Below, piece by piece: positions 17,297 to 24,004 of a DNA stretch of 32,000 nucleotides. This DNA is from Ktedonobacterales bacterium. Lineage in GTDB: Bacteria > Chloroflexota > Ktedonobacteria > Ktedonobacterales > JADMIN01. Position 1 is the first letter of the stretch. Each line of letters begins with the position of its first letter. The notes beneath the pieces were generated by a model, which was given only the letters and a program-made list of their open reading frames with translations, was not told where the DNA came from and ran no database searches. The DNA is taken from the NCBI GenBank assembly GCA_030167145.1, contig CP126532.1:2310001-2342000 (forward strand), given 5' to 3'. The translations under genes and the position numbers were made by a program.

Positions 17297-17382
17297 TCGG
17301 CCATGAATGGCCGGAGCATAGCGGCGAGGGGCAGCCTCGGCCTTAAAAGGCCGGAGCACAGCGGCGTGGGCATGAATGCCGG
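17297..17382 (+). repeat. tandem ~40-bp units each carrying a short tetraloop hairpin, plus a third degenerate hairpin
   Basis: Unit 1: TCGGCCA-TGAA-TGGCCGG (17297-17314) followed by AGCATAGCGGCG. Unit 2: TCGGCCT-TAAA-AGGCCGG (17337-17354) followed by AGCACAGCGGCG. Third hairpin: GGCA-TGAA-TGCC (17369-17380). All lie in the non-coding gap after the RDD gene. Confidence 0.8.
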
Positions 17383-17521
17383 ATAGGCGCGCGGGGTGAG
17401 CGCGAGGTGGTAGGGGGAGTTCGCAGCCTGAATGCCGCGAGTAATCATGGATGGAGATGGGGGATGGGAATGCCAACAAGGCAGCGGATGGTGGGAGAGG
17501 TGGGAGGTGGGCGAGGCAGGC

Positions 17522-17548
17522 GGGGAATACGGGGAATACGGGGAATGC
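17522..17548 (+). repeat. 9-bp tandem repeat GGGGAATAC x2 plus GGGGAATGC
   Basis: Units at 17522-17530, 17531-17539 and 17540-17548. They are part of a G-tract-rich intergenic segment. Confidence 0.9.
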
Positions 17549-17635
17549 GGATAGAGGCATGTCAGCGGGCGGGCAGTATGATATTCCATGCCATGCACGG
17601 CGCTTCTTTCAGGATGGGATAATCGCCCCTCTCTG

Positions 17636-17664
17636 TTGCTTTCCTGGCTATAGCTTTCTATACT
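17636..17664 (+). promoter_or_regulatory. sigma70-like promoter candidate for the zinc-ribbon membrane protein gene
   Basis: TTGCTT (17636-17641), a 17-nt spacer, then TATACT (17659-17664). It lies about 70 nt upstream of ATG 17733 in an AT-richer patch. Confidence 0.45.
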
Positions 17665-17732
17665 TATCGGCGCGCGAACTTCACAGGAGCGGACGTTTTT
17701 GATGGCTTTGAGCGTCTTTGGAAGGAATCGCG

Positions 17733-18704
17733 ATGAAATGCCAGAACTGCGGCTATCAGGTTCGTGACGCTACGTTGGAGCGGTGTACGCGCTGTGGGTT
17801 GCGCCTACATGCCGCCATCGCCGCGCCTGATCTGCAACGGACTGTTCCTTTGCAGATGGAGAGTTCGCGGCCAGCCCTGCCGTCATCCGCTGCCAAGACG
17901 CCCGCTTCTAAAGCAGCAACTTCCGAGCCGCCTGTTACTAAACCGCCTGTTGCCAAGCCGGCTGTCGCTAAGAAACGCTCGAAGCGTGTGCTCTGGGGTC
18001 TTGTTGCGCTGGCGCTGATCGTCGCTGTGCTGGGAACGGGCAGTATCTTCTACGCGAATCGCGGACATGGTACGCCGGGCGGCAATGCGAATCTTGTGGT
18101 AGATGTACCGACGGCGACGCTGCTGCCTACCGCAACCGCTACACCGAAGCCGACGGCGACATCGGGGCCGCAAGTGGTGACAATCCTGGACGATGCGTTG
18201 ACGGCCAGTTCGCATAGTTCGGGGTGGTATACCGACAGCAGAAATGCGTTCTTCACGTCCGATGGCTACCATATCGCGAATGGCTACATAAGCTATGCGC
18301 CGATAGAAAATCAGTCGAACTTCAACCTCGCGGTTCAGACCAGACAAGTTGCAGGTAAAGCGAACGTCTCTTATTTCATTCAGTTCGATGCGGTAGCCAA
18401 GTCTACCAAGAAGTATGAATTCGGGATTGATAGTTTGGGCAAATTCTATCTCTCTGGCCCTGGCTACACGATTATTCCGTCAACGCAGATCGCCGCGATT
18501 CACACCGGCTTCGGCGCGGTCAATACGCTGGGGGTGAGTGTCACTGGCTCACATATTGTGCTGTTCATCAACGGGATACAGGTGGGGAACGCCAACGATT
18601 CGGGCCTTGCGAGCGGTCTTATTGGGCTTGGCGTGGAGGATAGGCCAGGGAATGGGCCAATGGAGGTTGTGTTCAGCAATCTGAAGATCACGAAGTTTGT
18701 GTGA
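17733..18704 (+). CDS. zinc-ribbon / single-pass membrane protein with extracellular jelly-roll (DUF1080/LamG-like) domain
   Basis: MKCQNCGYQV...CTRCG forms the zinc ribbon. A Pro/Ala/Lys linker and a TM (VLWGLVALALIVAVLGTGSIF) follow. The C-terminal ~170 aa has the pattern NFNLAVQTRQV...YEFGIDSLGKFYL...NTLGVSVTGSHIVLFINGIQVGNANDSGLASGLIGLGV...VVFSNLKI, reminiscent of concanavalin-A-like lectin folds. GGAAGGAA precedes ATG 17733. Confidence 0.7.
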   Translation: MKCQNCGYQVRDATLERCTRCGLRLHAAIAAPDLQRTVPLQMESSRPALPSSAAKTPASKAATSEPPVTKPPVAKPAVAKKRSKRVLWGLVALALIVAVLGTGSIFYANRGHGTPGGNANLVVDVPTATLLPTATATPKPTATSGPQVVTILDDALTASSHSSGWYTDSRNAFFTSDGYHIANGYISYAPIENQSNFNLAVQTRQVAGKANVSYFIQFDAVAKSTKKYEFGIDSLGKFYLSGPGYTIIPSTQIAAIHTGFGAVNTLGVSVTGSHIVLFINGIQVGNANDSGLASGLIGLGVEDRPGNGPMEVVFSNLKITKFV

Positions 18705-18714
18705 TGCGCAGCGA

Positions 18715-18744
18715 CCCCACGCCGATGCTTTCCACTGCGTGGGG
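18715..18744. terminator. hairpin between convergent genes (terminator candidate)
   Basis: CCCCACGC (18715-18722) and GCGTGGGG (18737-18744) form an 8-bp perfect stem with a 14-nt loop. It lies in the 63-bp convergent gap. Confidence 0.35.
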
Positions 18745-18767
18745 CATGGGAGACGTGAGGTGGATGG

Positions 18768-21131
18768 TTACGCGCTTTTGTCGGCGGGCATGGGACGCTC
18801 GACGGGGAGCGGGCGGCCAGGGAACCACCAGTTCCAGCGGCCGAGCAGGCGCATGGTGGCGGGGACGAGCAGGATGCGGATGACGGTGGCGTCTACGAGG
18901 ATGGCGACGGTCATGCCGAGGCCGATCTCTTTGGTGGCGACGAGGGTGGTGAAGGTAATGGCGCCGGTGACGATGACGAGGATCAGCGCGGCGTTGGTGA
19001 TGACGCCAGCGGTCTTTTCGAGGCCACGGGCGACGGCGTAGCGGTTGTTGCGGGTGCGGAGCCATTCTTCGCGGACACGGGAGAGCAGGAAGACTTCGTA
19101 GTCCATGGAGAGGCCGAAGAGGGTGCAGAAGAGCAGCACCGGCGTAGTGGAATCGACGAAGCCTTCGGGGGTGAAGCCGAGGACGTTGGAGAGGTGGCCT
19201 TCCTGGAAGACGAGCACCAGCACGCCGAAGGCTGCGCCGATGGAGAGGATGTTCATCAGCACGGCTTTGAGTGGCAGCAGCACCGAATGGAACATGAGCA
19301 TCAGCAGCAAGAAAGTAGCGAGCAAGATGAAGAGGATCGCGCGGGGGAAGTTGCCATAGAGATAGCGGTTGAAGTCGAGGCTGAAGGCTTGTGTGCCGCC
19401 GACGAGAACGGTGAGGCCGCCCGCATGCGCGGGGTAGTCGCTGCGAAGGGTATCTATCTGCGCTTTGCTGGCGTCGCTATCGAGCGTGGCGTTGGATCTG
19501 GCGGTGATGAGCGTGGTACCGCCGTTGGTGGTGCTGGCGACAAACTGGGCAAGCTGTGGGTTTTGGGCATAGGCGCCACTGGTGTAGAGCGCGGCGAGCT
19601 GCTCTGAGGTGAGCGCTGGTGCGCCGGGGGTGGCGGGGAGTTGAGTGAGGCTGGTGACGTTGGTGATGTGGGGCTGGGAGGCGAGCCATTGGGTGAGGAT
19701 GTCTATTTTGGCGAGGTTGTCGGGGGTGAGGATGCTGGATCCGTCGGGTGTTTGGACGGCGAGATAGATAGGGGTGTTCTTGGTGTCGGGGAATTGGGCG
19801 TAGAGGATGTCGGTGCCCTGGCGGACTTCGGAGCTAGCTGGAAGGGATGAGGCGGCGGGGATGCCCAGGCGCATCGAGAAGACGGGCAGGGCCAGCGCCA
19901 GCAGGAACACACCGACGAGTACGATCACCACGACGGGGCGGCGCATGACGGCCATCGCCCAGCCATGCCAGAAGCCCATCCGCTCGCCGCCGCGCTCGGC
20001 GGTGAGGCGGCCCAGCAGCGGCAGCCGCAGCGAATTGATGCGCGGGCCGAGAATGGAGAGCAGCGCGGGGAGCAGGGTGAGCGCGGCGAGCATAGCGACG
20101 ACGACGACGATAGCGCCGCCGAAGCCGAAAGAGGTCATGACGGGGATGCCGAGCAGGATGAGGCCGCTGAAGCCGATCATGACGGTGAGGGCGCTGAAGA
20201 AGATGGCTTCGCCCGCTGTGGCGAGGGTCCAGCCGAGGGCATCGGGGACAGCGCGTCCGCGTACCAGTTCTTCGCGGAAGCGGCGGGTGAGGAAGAGGCT
20301 GTAGTCTATGGAGAGGCCGATGCCGATGATGGTGACGACGCTGAGGACGGAGACGCCAGTGGTATTGTGCAGGGCAAAGGCATAGATGAGGGCCATGGCG
20401 ATGGGGATGGCGATGAGCGCGAGCACGATGGGCGTGACGGCGGCGGCGAGGGTGGCGAAAACGATGAGCAGCACGAGCAGCGCCAGCGGGAACACGGTGG
20501 CGTCAGCCTTCTCGACATCCTGCTGGGCGATCTGGCTGATGGCGTCGTAGACGGCGACATCGCCGGTGAGGTAGGCGCGGGCGGGGGTGGCCGCCGCGCC
20601 GGTGGGCACGAGGGCGCGGAAATCGGCGAGATGCTGCTGCACGCTATCGGCGGATTGGTCGAAGTTGACGACGACGAGCGCGGTGCGACCATCTTTGCCG
20701 ACGCCGCCAAGCTGGGCGCTGGTGACATGGTCATAGGATTTGACGCGAGCAAGGAAGTCGTTGATTTCGCGCTGGAAGGTGGGATCGGCGACGGGGGTAT
20801 CAGGAGACTGGAAGACGACGAACACCTGCGCGACGGGCTGATGCAACTGCTGCTGCGCGATGTCGGCGACTTTGACAGAGTCGCTGCCGCTGATGGTGTA
20901 GCCGCCGCTGGTAAGCACGCTGGGCAGCTTGGCGGCGAAGGAGGCGGAGGCGAAGAGGGCGAGAATCCAGAGAGCGATGATGAACCAGCGCAGGCGATAG
21001 ACGCGCTGGCCGTAGGCGAGGCCAAGGCGATAGAGCGCGTGCGATTCGAGCGCGGCGGTGGAGGCGGCAAGCTGCGCCGCCTCGGTCATCTGATCTTGCG
21101 GATGATCTTCTGGACGTGATTGCGTTCGCAT
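18768..21131 (-). CDS. MMPL family (RND superfamily) membrane transporter
   Basis: 787 aa with two 6-TM bundles separated by soluble domains. YRLRWFIIALWILALFASASFAAKLPSVLTSGGYTISGSDS and DYSLFLTRRFREEL / DYEVFLLSRVREEW are MMPL hallmarks. GGGAGAG lies upstream of ATG 21131; ATG 21089 is an alternative start. Confidence 0.9.
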   Translation of the reverse strand: MRTQSRPEDHPQDQMTEAAQLAASTAALESHALYRLGLAYGQRVYRLRWFIIALWILALFASASFAAKLPSVLTSGGYTISGSDSVKVADIAQQQLHQPVAQVFVVFQSPDTPVADPTFQREINDFLARVKSYDHVTSAQLGGVGKDGRTALVVVNFDQSADSVQQHLADFRALVPTGAAATPARAYLTGDVAVYDAISQIAQQDVEKADATVFPLALLVLLIVFATLAAAVTPIVLALIAIPIAMALIYAFALHNTTGVSVLSVVTIIGIGLSIDYSLFLTRRFREELVRGRAVPDALGWTLATAGEAIFFSALTVMIGFSGLILLGIPVMTSFGFGGAIVVVVAMLAALTLLPALLSILGPRINSLRLPLLGRLTAERGGERMGFWHGWAMAVMRRPVVVIVLVGVFLLALALPVFSMRLGIPAASSLPASSEVRQGTDILYAQFPDTKNTPIYLAVQTPDGSSILTPDNLAKIDILTQWLASQPHITNVTSLTQLPATPGAPALTSEQLAALYTSGAYAQNPQLAQFVASTTNGGTTLITARSNATLDSDASKAQIDTLRSDYPAHAGGLTVLVGGTQAFSLDFNRYLYGNFPRAILFILLATFLLLMLMFHSVLLPLKAVLMNILSIGAAFGVLVLVFQEGHLSNVLGFTPEGFVDSTTPVLLFCTLFGLSMDYEVFLLSRVREEWLRTRNNRYAVARGLEKTAGVITNAALILVIVTGAITFTTLVATKEIGLGMTVAILVDATVIRILLVPATMRLLGRWNWWFPGRPLPVERPMPADKSA

Positions 21132-21136
21132 ACTCT

Positions 21137-21251
21137 CCCTACCCCATTCCCTGTGGCGCCGAAACCGCCGGAGCCATCTGGCACATCACGCTGGCACATT
21201 GCGCGGGCCGCGTGTTCGTCCACAGTGTAGCGTACCAGGGAATGGGGAGGG
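21137..21251 (-). promoter_or_regulatory. long-range inverted repeat overlapping the MMPL Shine-Dalgarno (possible anti-SD leader structure)
   Basis: Plus-strand CCCT-A-CCCCATTCCCTG (21137-21153) is complementary to CAGGGAATGGGGAGGG (21236-21251). That gives 16 bp with one bulged base, and the arms are 82 nt apart. The proximal arm includes the AGGG of the SD AGGGAGAGT-ATG. Confidence 0.3.
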
Positions 21252-21324
21252 TTGTCGCGGGGAAAATGGTGCATGTTGGGCGAGCGGATCAGATGTCCGC
21301 TCGCGTGGTCGCTTCCCAGGCTGC

Positions 21325-21876
21325 TTACGGGTGGGCGGGTACGTAGGTGAATTGAACAGCGCCGGTCGCGTAGGTCGCGGTGTTCACTAGCTTCAGGTTG
21401 AGTGGTTCGGCCAGGTCTTTGAAGAGCGGCAAGCCGCCACCCAGGATGATGGGGTGAACGATCAGGCCATATTCGTCAACGAGGCGCAGGCGCACAAGGG
21501 ACTGGGCGAATCTCGCACCACCAAGCGCGACGATGTTTTGGCCGGGCTGCTGCTTGAGGCGTGCGATCTCGGTGGCGGGATCGGCGGTGGCCAGCCGTGA
21601 ATTGTTCCATTCGAGGGTGGTCAGGGTTTTGGAGAAGACGACTTTAGCGCGACTGTTCAAAAGCTCGGCCATCTCGCTGGACTGATTGGGCCAGGACGCG
21701 GCTTGCTCCAGGTAGCCGACGCGACCGAGCAGGATTGTGTCTATCTCGCGTAGGGATGCCGTAACTGCCTGAAGTTGAGCGGGGTCGGTGGTGCGGAAGA
21801 GCCAGTCCATCTCTCCGTTGGGTCCGGCCATATAGCCGTCCAGGCTGATGTTTACGCCGAGAATGACTTTGCGCAT
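21325..21876 (-). CDS. dihydrofolate reductase family protein (RibD C-terminal domain type)
   Basis: MRKVILGVNISLDGYMAGPNGEMDWLF...ILLGRVGY...NIVALGGARFAQSLVRLRLVDEYGLIVHPIILGGGLPLF is the RibD_C/YwjB-like pattern. AGGAG lies 9 nt before ATG 21876, so the track start 21966 is trimmed. Confidence 0.85.
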   Translation of the reverse strand: MRKVILGVNISLDGYMAGPNGEMDWLFRTTDPAQLQAVTASLREIDTILLGRVGYLEQAASWPNQSSEMAELLNSRAKVVFSKTLTTLEWNNSRLATADPATEIARLKQQPGQNIVALGGARFAQSLVRLRLVDEYGLIVHPIILGGGLPLFKDLAEPLNLKLVNTATYATGAVQFTYVPAHP

Positions 21877-22005
21877 CGTGGACATCTCCTTTACGTGTTG
21901 GCGTACATGTTGGCGGAAGAAGGCCGCGAGCGCCTCTGCGGAGACGTCATGCCGCTGACCTTCCAATGTATGCTGCTGGGGGTTGGGCAGGCACTCAACC
22001 AGCAG

Positions 22006-22596
22006 TTATGCGGGGCGCTCCACCGTATAGTGCGCCAGCACGACCCCGGAAGAGAAGGGCGTGGCCTCGACGAGCCGCAGGTTGAGCTGTGCGCCGTCCG
22101 CGAACACTTTCTTGCCGCTCCCCAGCACAAGCGGATAGACGAGCAGATAGTATTCATCCACCAGATCGTGTTGCGCCAGGGTGTGGATGAGCACGCTGCT
22201 GCCGTCAATAACGACATTCTTGCCCGGCTGCGCCTTCAGGGCACGCACTTCCTCGACCACGTTGCCGCTGATGAGGGTGGAGTTGCGCCAGGCGGCGGCT
22301 GAGGGCAGGGTGGTGGAGACGACGTACTTGGGCATCGCGTTCATCACGTCGCCAAACGGGTCGCCCTCCGCCATCGGTTCGAAGGCGCCACCGTGGATCT
22401 GCCACGTCTTGCGCCCCAAGAGCATAGCGTCGCTCTCGCGCATCACCTGGTCGAAGTGGGCGCCGATCTGGTCATCCCAGTAGGGGTGGGTCCAGCCGCC
22501 ATAGGCGAAGCCGCCCTCCGTATCTTCTTCCGAACCGCCCGGCGCCTGCATCACGCCGTCCAGCGACATAAACTCGGACACCACAATCTTGCGCAT
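22006..22596 (-). CDS. dihydrofolate reductase family protein (RibD C-terminal domain type), paralogue 2
   Basis: MRKIVVSEFMSLDGVMQAPGGSEEDTEGGFAYGGWTHPYWDD...MLLGRKTW...NVVIDGSSVLIHTLAQHDLVDEYYLLVYPLVLGSGKKVF. The track ORF's 80 upstream codons are discarded as non-coding. Confidence 0.85.
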   Translation of the reverse strand: MRKIVVSEFMSLDGVMQAPGGSEEDTEGGFAYGGWTHPYWDDQIGAHFDQVMRESDAMLLGRKTWQIHGGAFEPMAEGDPFGDVMNAMPKYVVSTTLPSAAAWRNSTLISGNVVEEVRALKAQPGKNVVIDGSSVLIHTLAQHDLVDEYYLLVYPLVLGSGKKVFADGAQLNLRLVEATPFSSGVVLAHYTVERPA

Positions 22597-22889
22597 CGTA
22601 TGTGCTCGCTTTCTGATCTCGATTGTAGGCGAGGAAGGCCGACGACTTCCTGGACTTCCTATGCGAACCCTATGCGGGCATGTTCTGTTCCAAGTTGAGA
22701 TTTCCGGTAACCGGTGGGGAAGTCTGTCATAGCGGCTCATGGGACGCGAGGCGCGGGCTGGTGGCGACGCGATTGGGGCGAGGTGGCGCGTGGCGCGCGA
22801 TAGGCTGAGGAGTGGGTGCTGGGGGGTGATGAGCATGGTGGCGGCCAGGATGGCACACGGCGGAGCCTCCTGGCCTTCGGACGGGCGGG

Positions 22890-23351
22890 CTAGATATAAC
22901 GAGATTCCTGGTGGCGCAGGCGGCGCGAGACGACGCCAAGAAGGCGGATGGTGATGTCGGGGTCTTCGCGCAGGGCGGCACGGAAGTCGAAGATAGGCAT
23001 GAGCAGGGCGTGGACTGGCTCTAGCGCGGTGACGGTGGCGGTGCGGGGCTGGTCGCCGAGCAGGGAGAGTTCGCCGAAGACATCGCCTGCATTGAGGGTG
23101 TTGAGTTCGATGTCTTCGCCGCTGCCCTGATGCTGGGTGACTTTGACGCTGCCGCTGATGAGGATGAAGAGGCCGACGCCTGGTTCATCCTGCTGGACGA
23201 GCACGTCGCCAGCAGCGTAGTCGCGCTCGACGCAAGTGGCGGCGAGGCGATGGAGTTCGCGTTTGCTGAGATCGAGAAAGAGCGGGATGCGGGCGAGCTG
23301 GCGCTCATAGTCTTCGGTGGAGCCGTGGCTGGCGCCGGTGCTGCTGGTCAT
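22890..23351 (-). CDS. stand-alone cyclic-nucleotide-binding (cNMP/Crp-type) domain protein
   Basis: IPLFLDLSKRELHRLAATCVERDYAAGDVLVQQDEPGVGLFILISGSVKV...NAGDVFGELSLLGDQPRTATVTALEPV carries the canonical cNMP-binding beta-barrel with the FGE...RTA phosphate-binding cassette. No HTH or other output domain is present. GGAGGA lies 6 nt before the ATG. Confidence 0.85.
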   Translation of the reverse strand: MTSSTGASHGSTEDYERQLARIPLFLDLSKRELHRLAATCVERDYAAGDVLVQQDEPGVGLFILISGSVKVTQHQGSGEDIELNTLNAGDVFGELSLLGDQPRTATVTALEPVHALLMPIFDFRAALREDPDITIRLLGVVSRRLRHQESRYI

Positions 23352-23520
23352 GTGTGGTCCTCCCCGGAGAGTGCGCGTGATGGCGCAGTGCTGTGGAGAT
23401 ATGTCGTTTGCCTATGCCGGTGATGCGCTGGCGATAGCATACGCCACGGGAGCGTGATGCGCTAGTTTGGCGTGTAGGAGTGATGTGCCTGGGATGTGAT
23501 AGGCATGTAGACGGCAGGAG

Positions 23521-23529
23521 TGCTAGAAT
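23521..23529 (+). promoter_or_regulatory. extended -10 promoter candidate for hicAB
   Basis: TGCTAGAAT (TGn plus TAGAAT at 23524-23529) lies about 25 nt upstream of ATG 23554. The -35 is weak. Confidence 0.3.
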
Positions 23530-23553
23530 GCGGTGTAGGGGAGAGGCGGGAAT

Positions 23554-23769
23554 ATGCCGAGAAAGAAGCGAGATATTCGGCGGGATTATCGAGCTGCGGG
23601 TTTCAGCGAACGGCAGGCGAAAGGCGATCATACCGTGTTCTCGCATCCTTTGGTACGCAAGCACTATGCGGTGGATGGCAGAGAGGGCGCGGATGCTGAG
23701 CGTTACGATGAACGCAATCTTCAAGAGGCTCTACATGAGTTGGCGGATGCCAGGAGACAACAGCCATGA
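23554..23769 (+). CDS. hicA: HicA-family toxin (type II TA mRNA interferase-like)
   Basis: At 71 aa, MPRKKRDIRRDYRAAGFSERQAKGDHTVFSHPLV...DGREGADAERYDERNLQEAL resembles the HicA variant MPRK.RD.I..L...GF......GSH..F.HP. Here the usual GSH is GDH. It shares a 4-nt ATGA overlap with the downstream hicB-like gene. Confidence 0.7.
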   Translation: MPRKKRDIRRDYRAAGFSERQAKGDHTVFSHPLVRKHYAVDGREGADAERYDERNLQEALHELADARRQQP

Positions 23770-23996
23770 GCGATATGCCACACTATGCGCTTGTGATCGA
23801 GTGGAGCGATGAAGATCAGACGTATGTGGTGCTTCTGCCGGAATGGGCGGACAGATACGCTATGCCCGTAGCGAGCGGCAAGACGTATGAGGAGGCGGCC
23901 AGGCGGGGGCGCAACGCGCTGGAGAGCTACATCCAGTTTGCGCAAGAGGATGGCATACCATTACCGCAGCCGCGTACCTTTGCCGCAAGTGTGTAA
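23766..23996 (+). CDS. hicB: HicB-family antitoxin (short, UPF0150-type)
   Basis: YALVIEWSDEDQTYVVLLPEW...ASGKTYEEAARRGRNALESYIQFAQEDGIPLPQPRTF matches the HicB N-terminal fold pattern (IEWSDED..Y....PE...G.T.EEA......A......A.E.G.P.P.P). Confidence 0.75.
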   Translation: MSDMPHYALVIEWSDEDQTYVVLLPEWADRYAMPVASGKTYEEAARRGRNALESYIQFAQEDGIPLPQPRTFAASV

Positions 23997-24004
23997 GCAT
24001 CAAG

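Noticed and set aside
15994-17548. Possibility that the short tandem repeats (12-bp, 40-bp, 9-bp) represent a CRISPR array
   Set aside because: The repeats are directly adjacent with no unique spacers of regular length. Units are too short (9 and 12 bp) or there are only two copies (40 bp). One set is in-frame coding sequence. No cas genes are nearby.
15636-17560. Long minus-strand ORFs 15636..16421 (261 aa) and 16418..17560 (380 aa)
   Set aside because: They are Ser/Pro/Arg/His-rich low-complexity products antisense to the plus-strand helical protein and the RDD gene. The RDD domain on the plus strand is unambiguous. They also run through the clearly non-coding hairpin and G-tract region.
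19965-21119. 384-aa plus-strand ORF (and the 20306..21070 minus out-of-frame ORF) overlapping the MMPL gene
   Set aside because: The composition (runs of G/E/D/A, or S/P/A) is typical of alternative frames of a GC-rich gene. The MMPL frame has coherent TM topology and family motifs.
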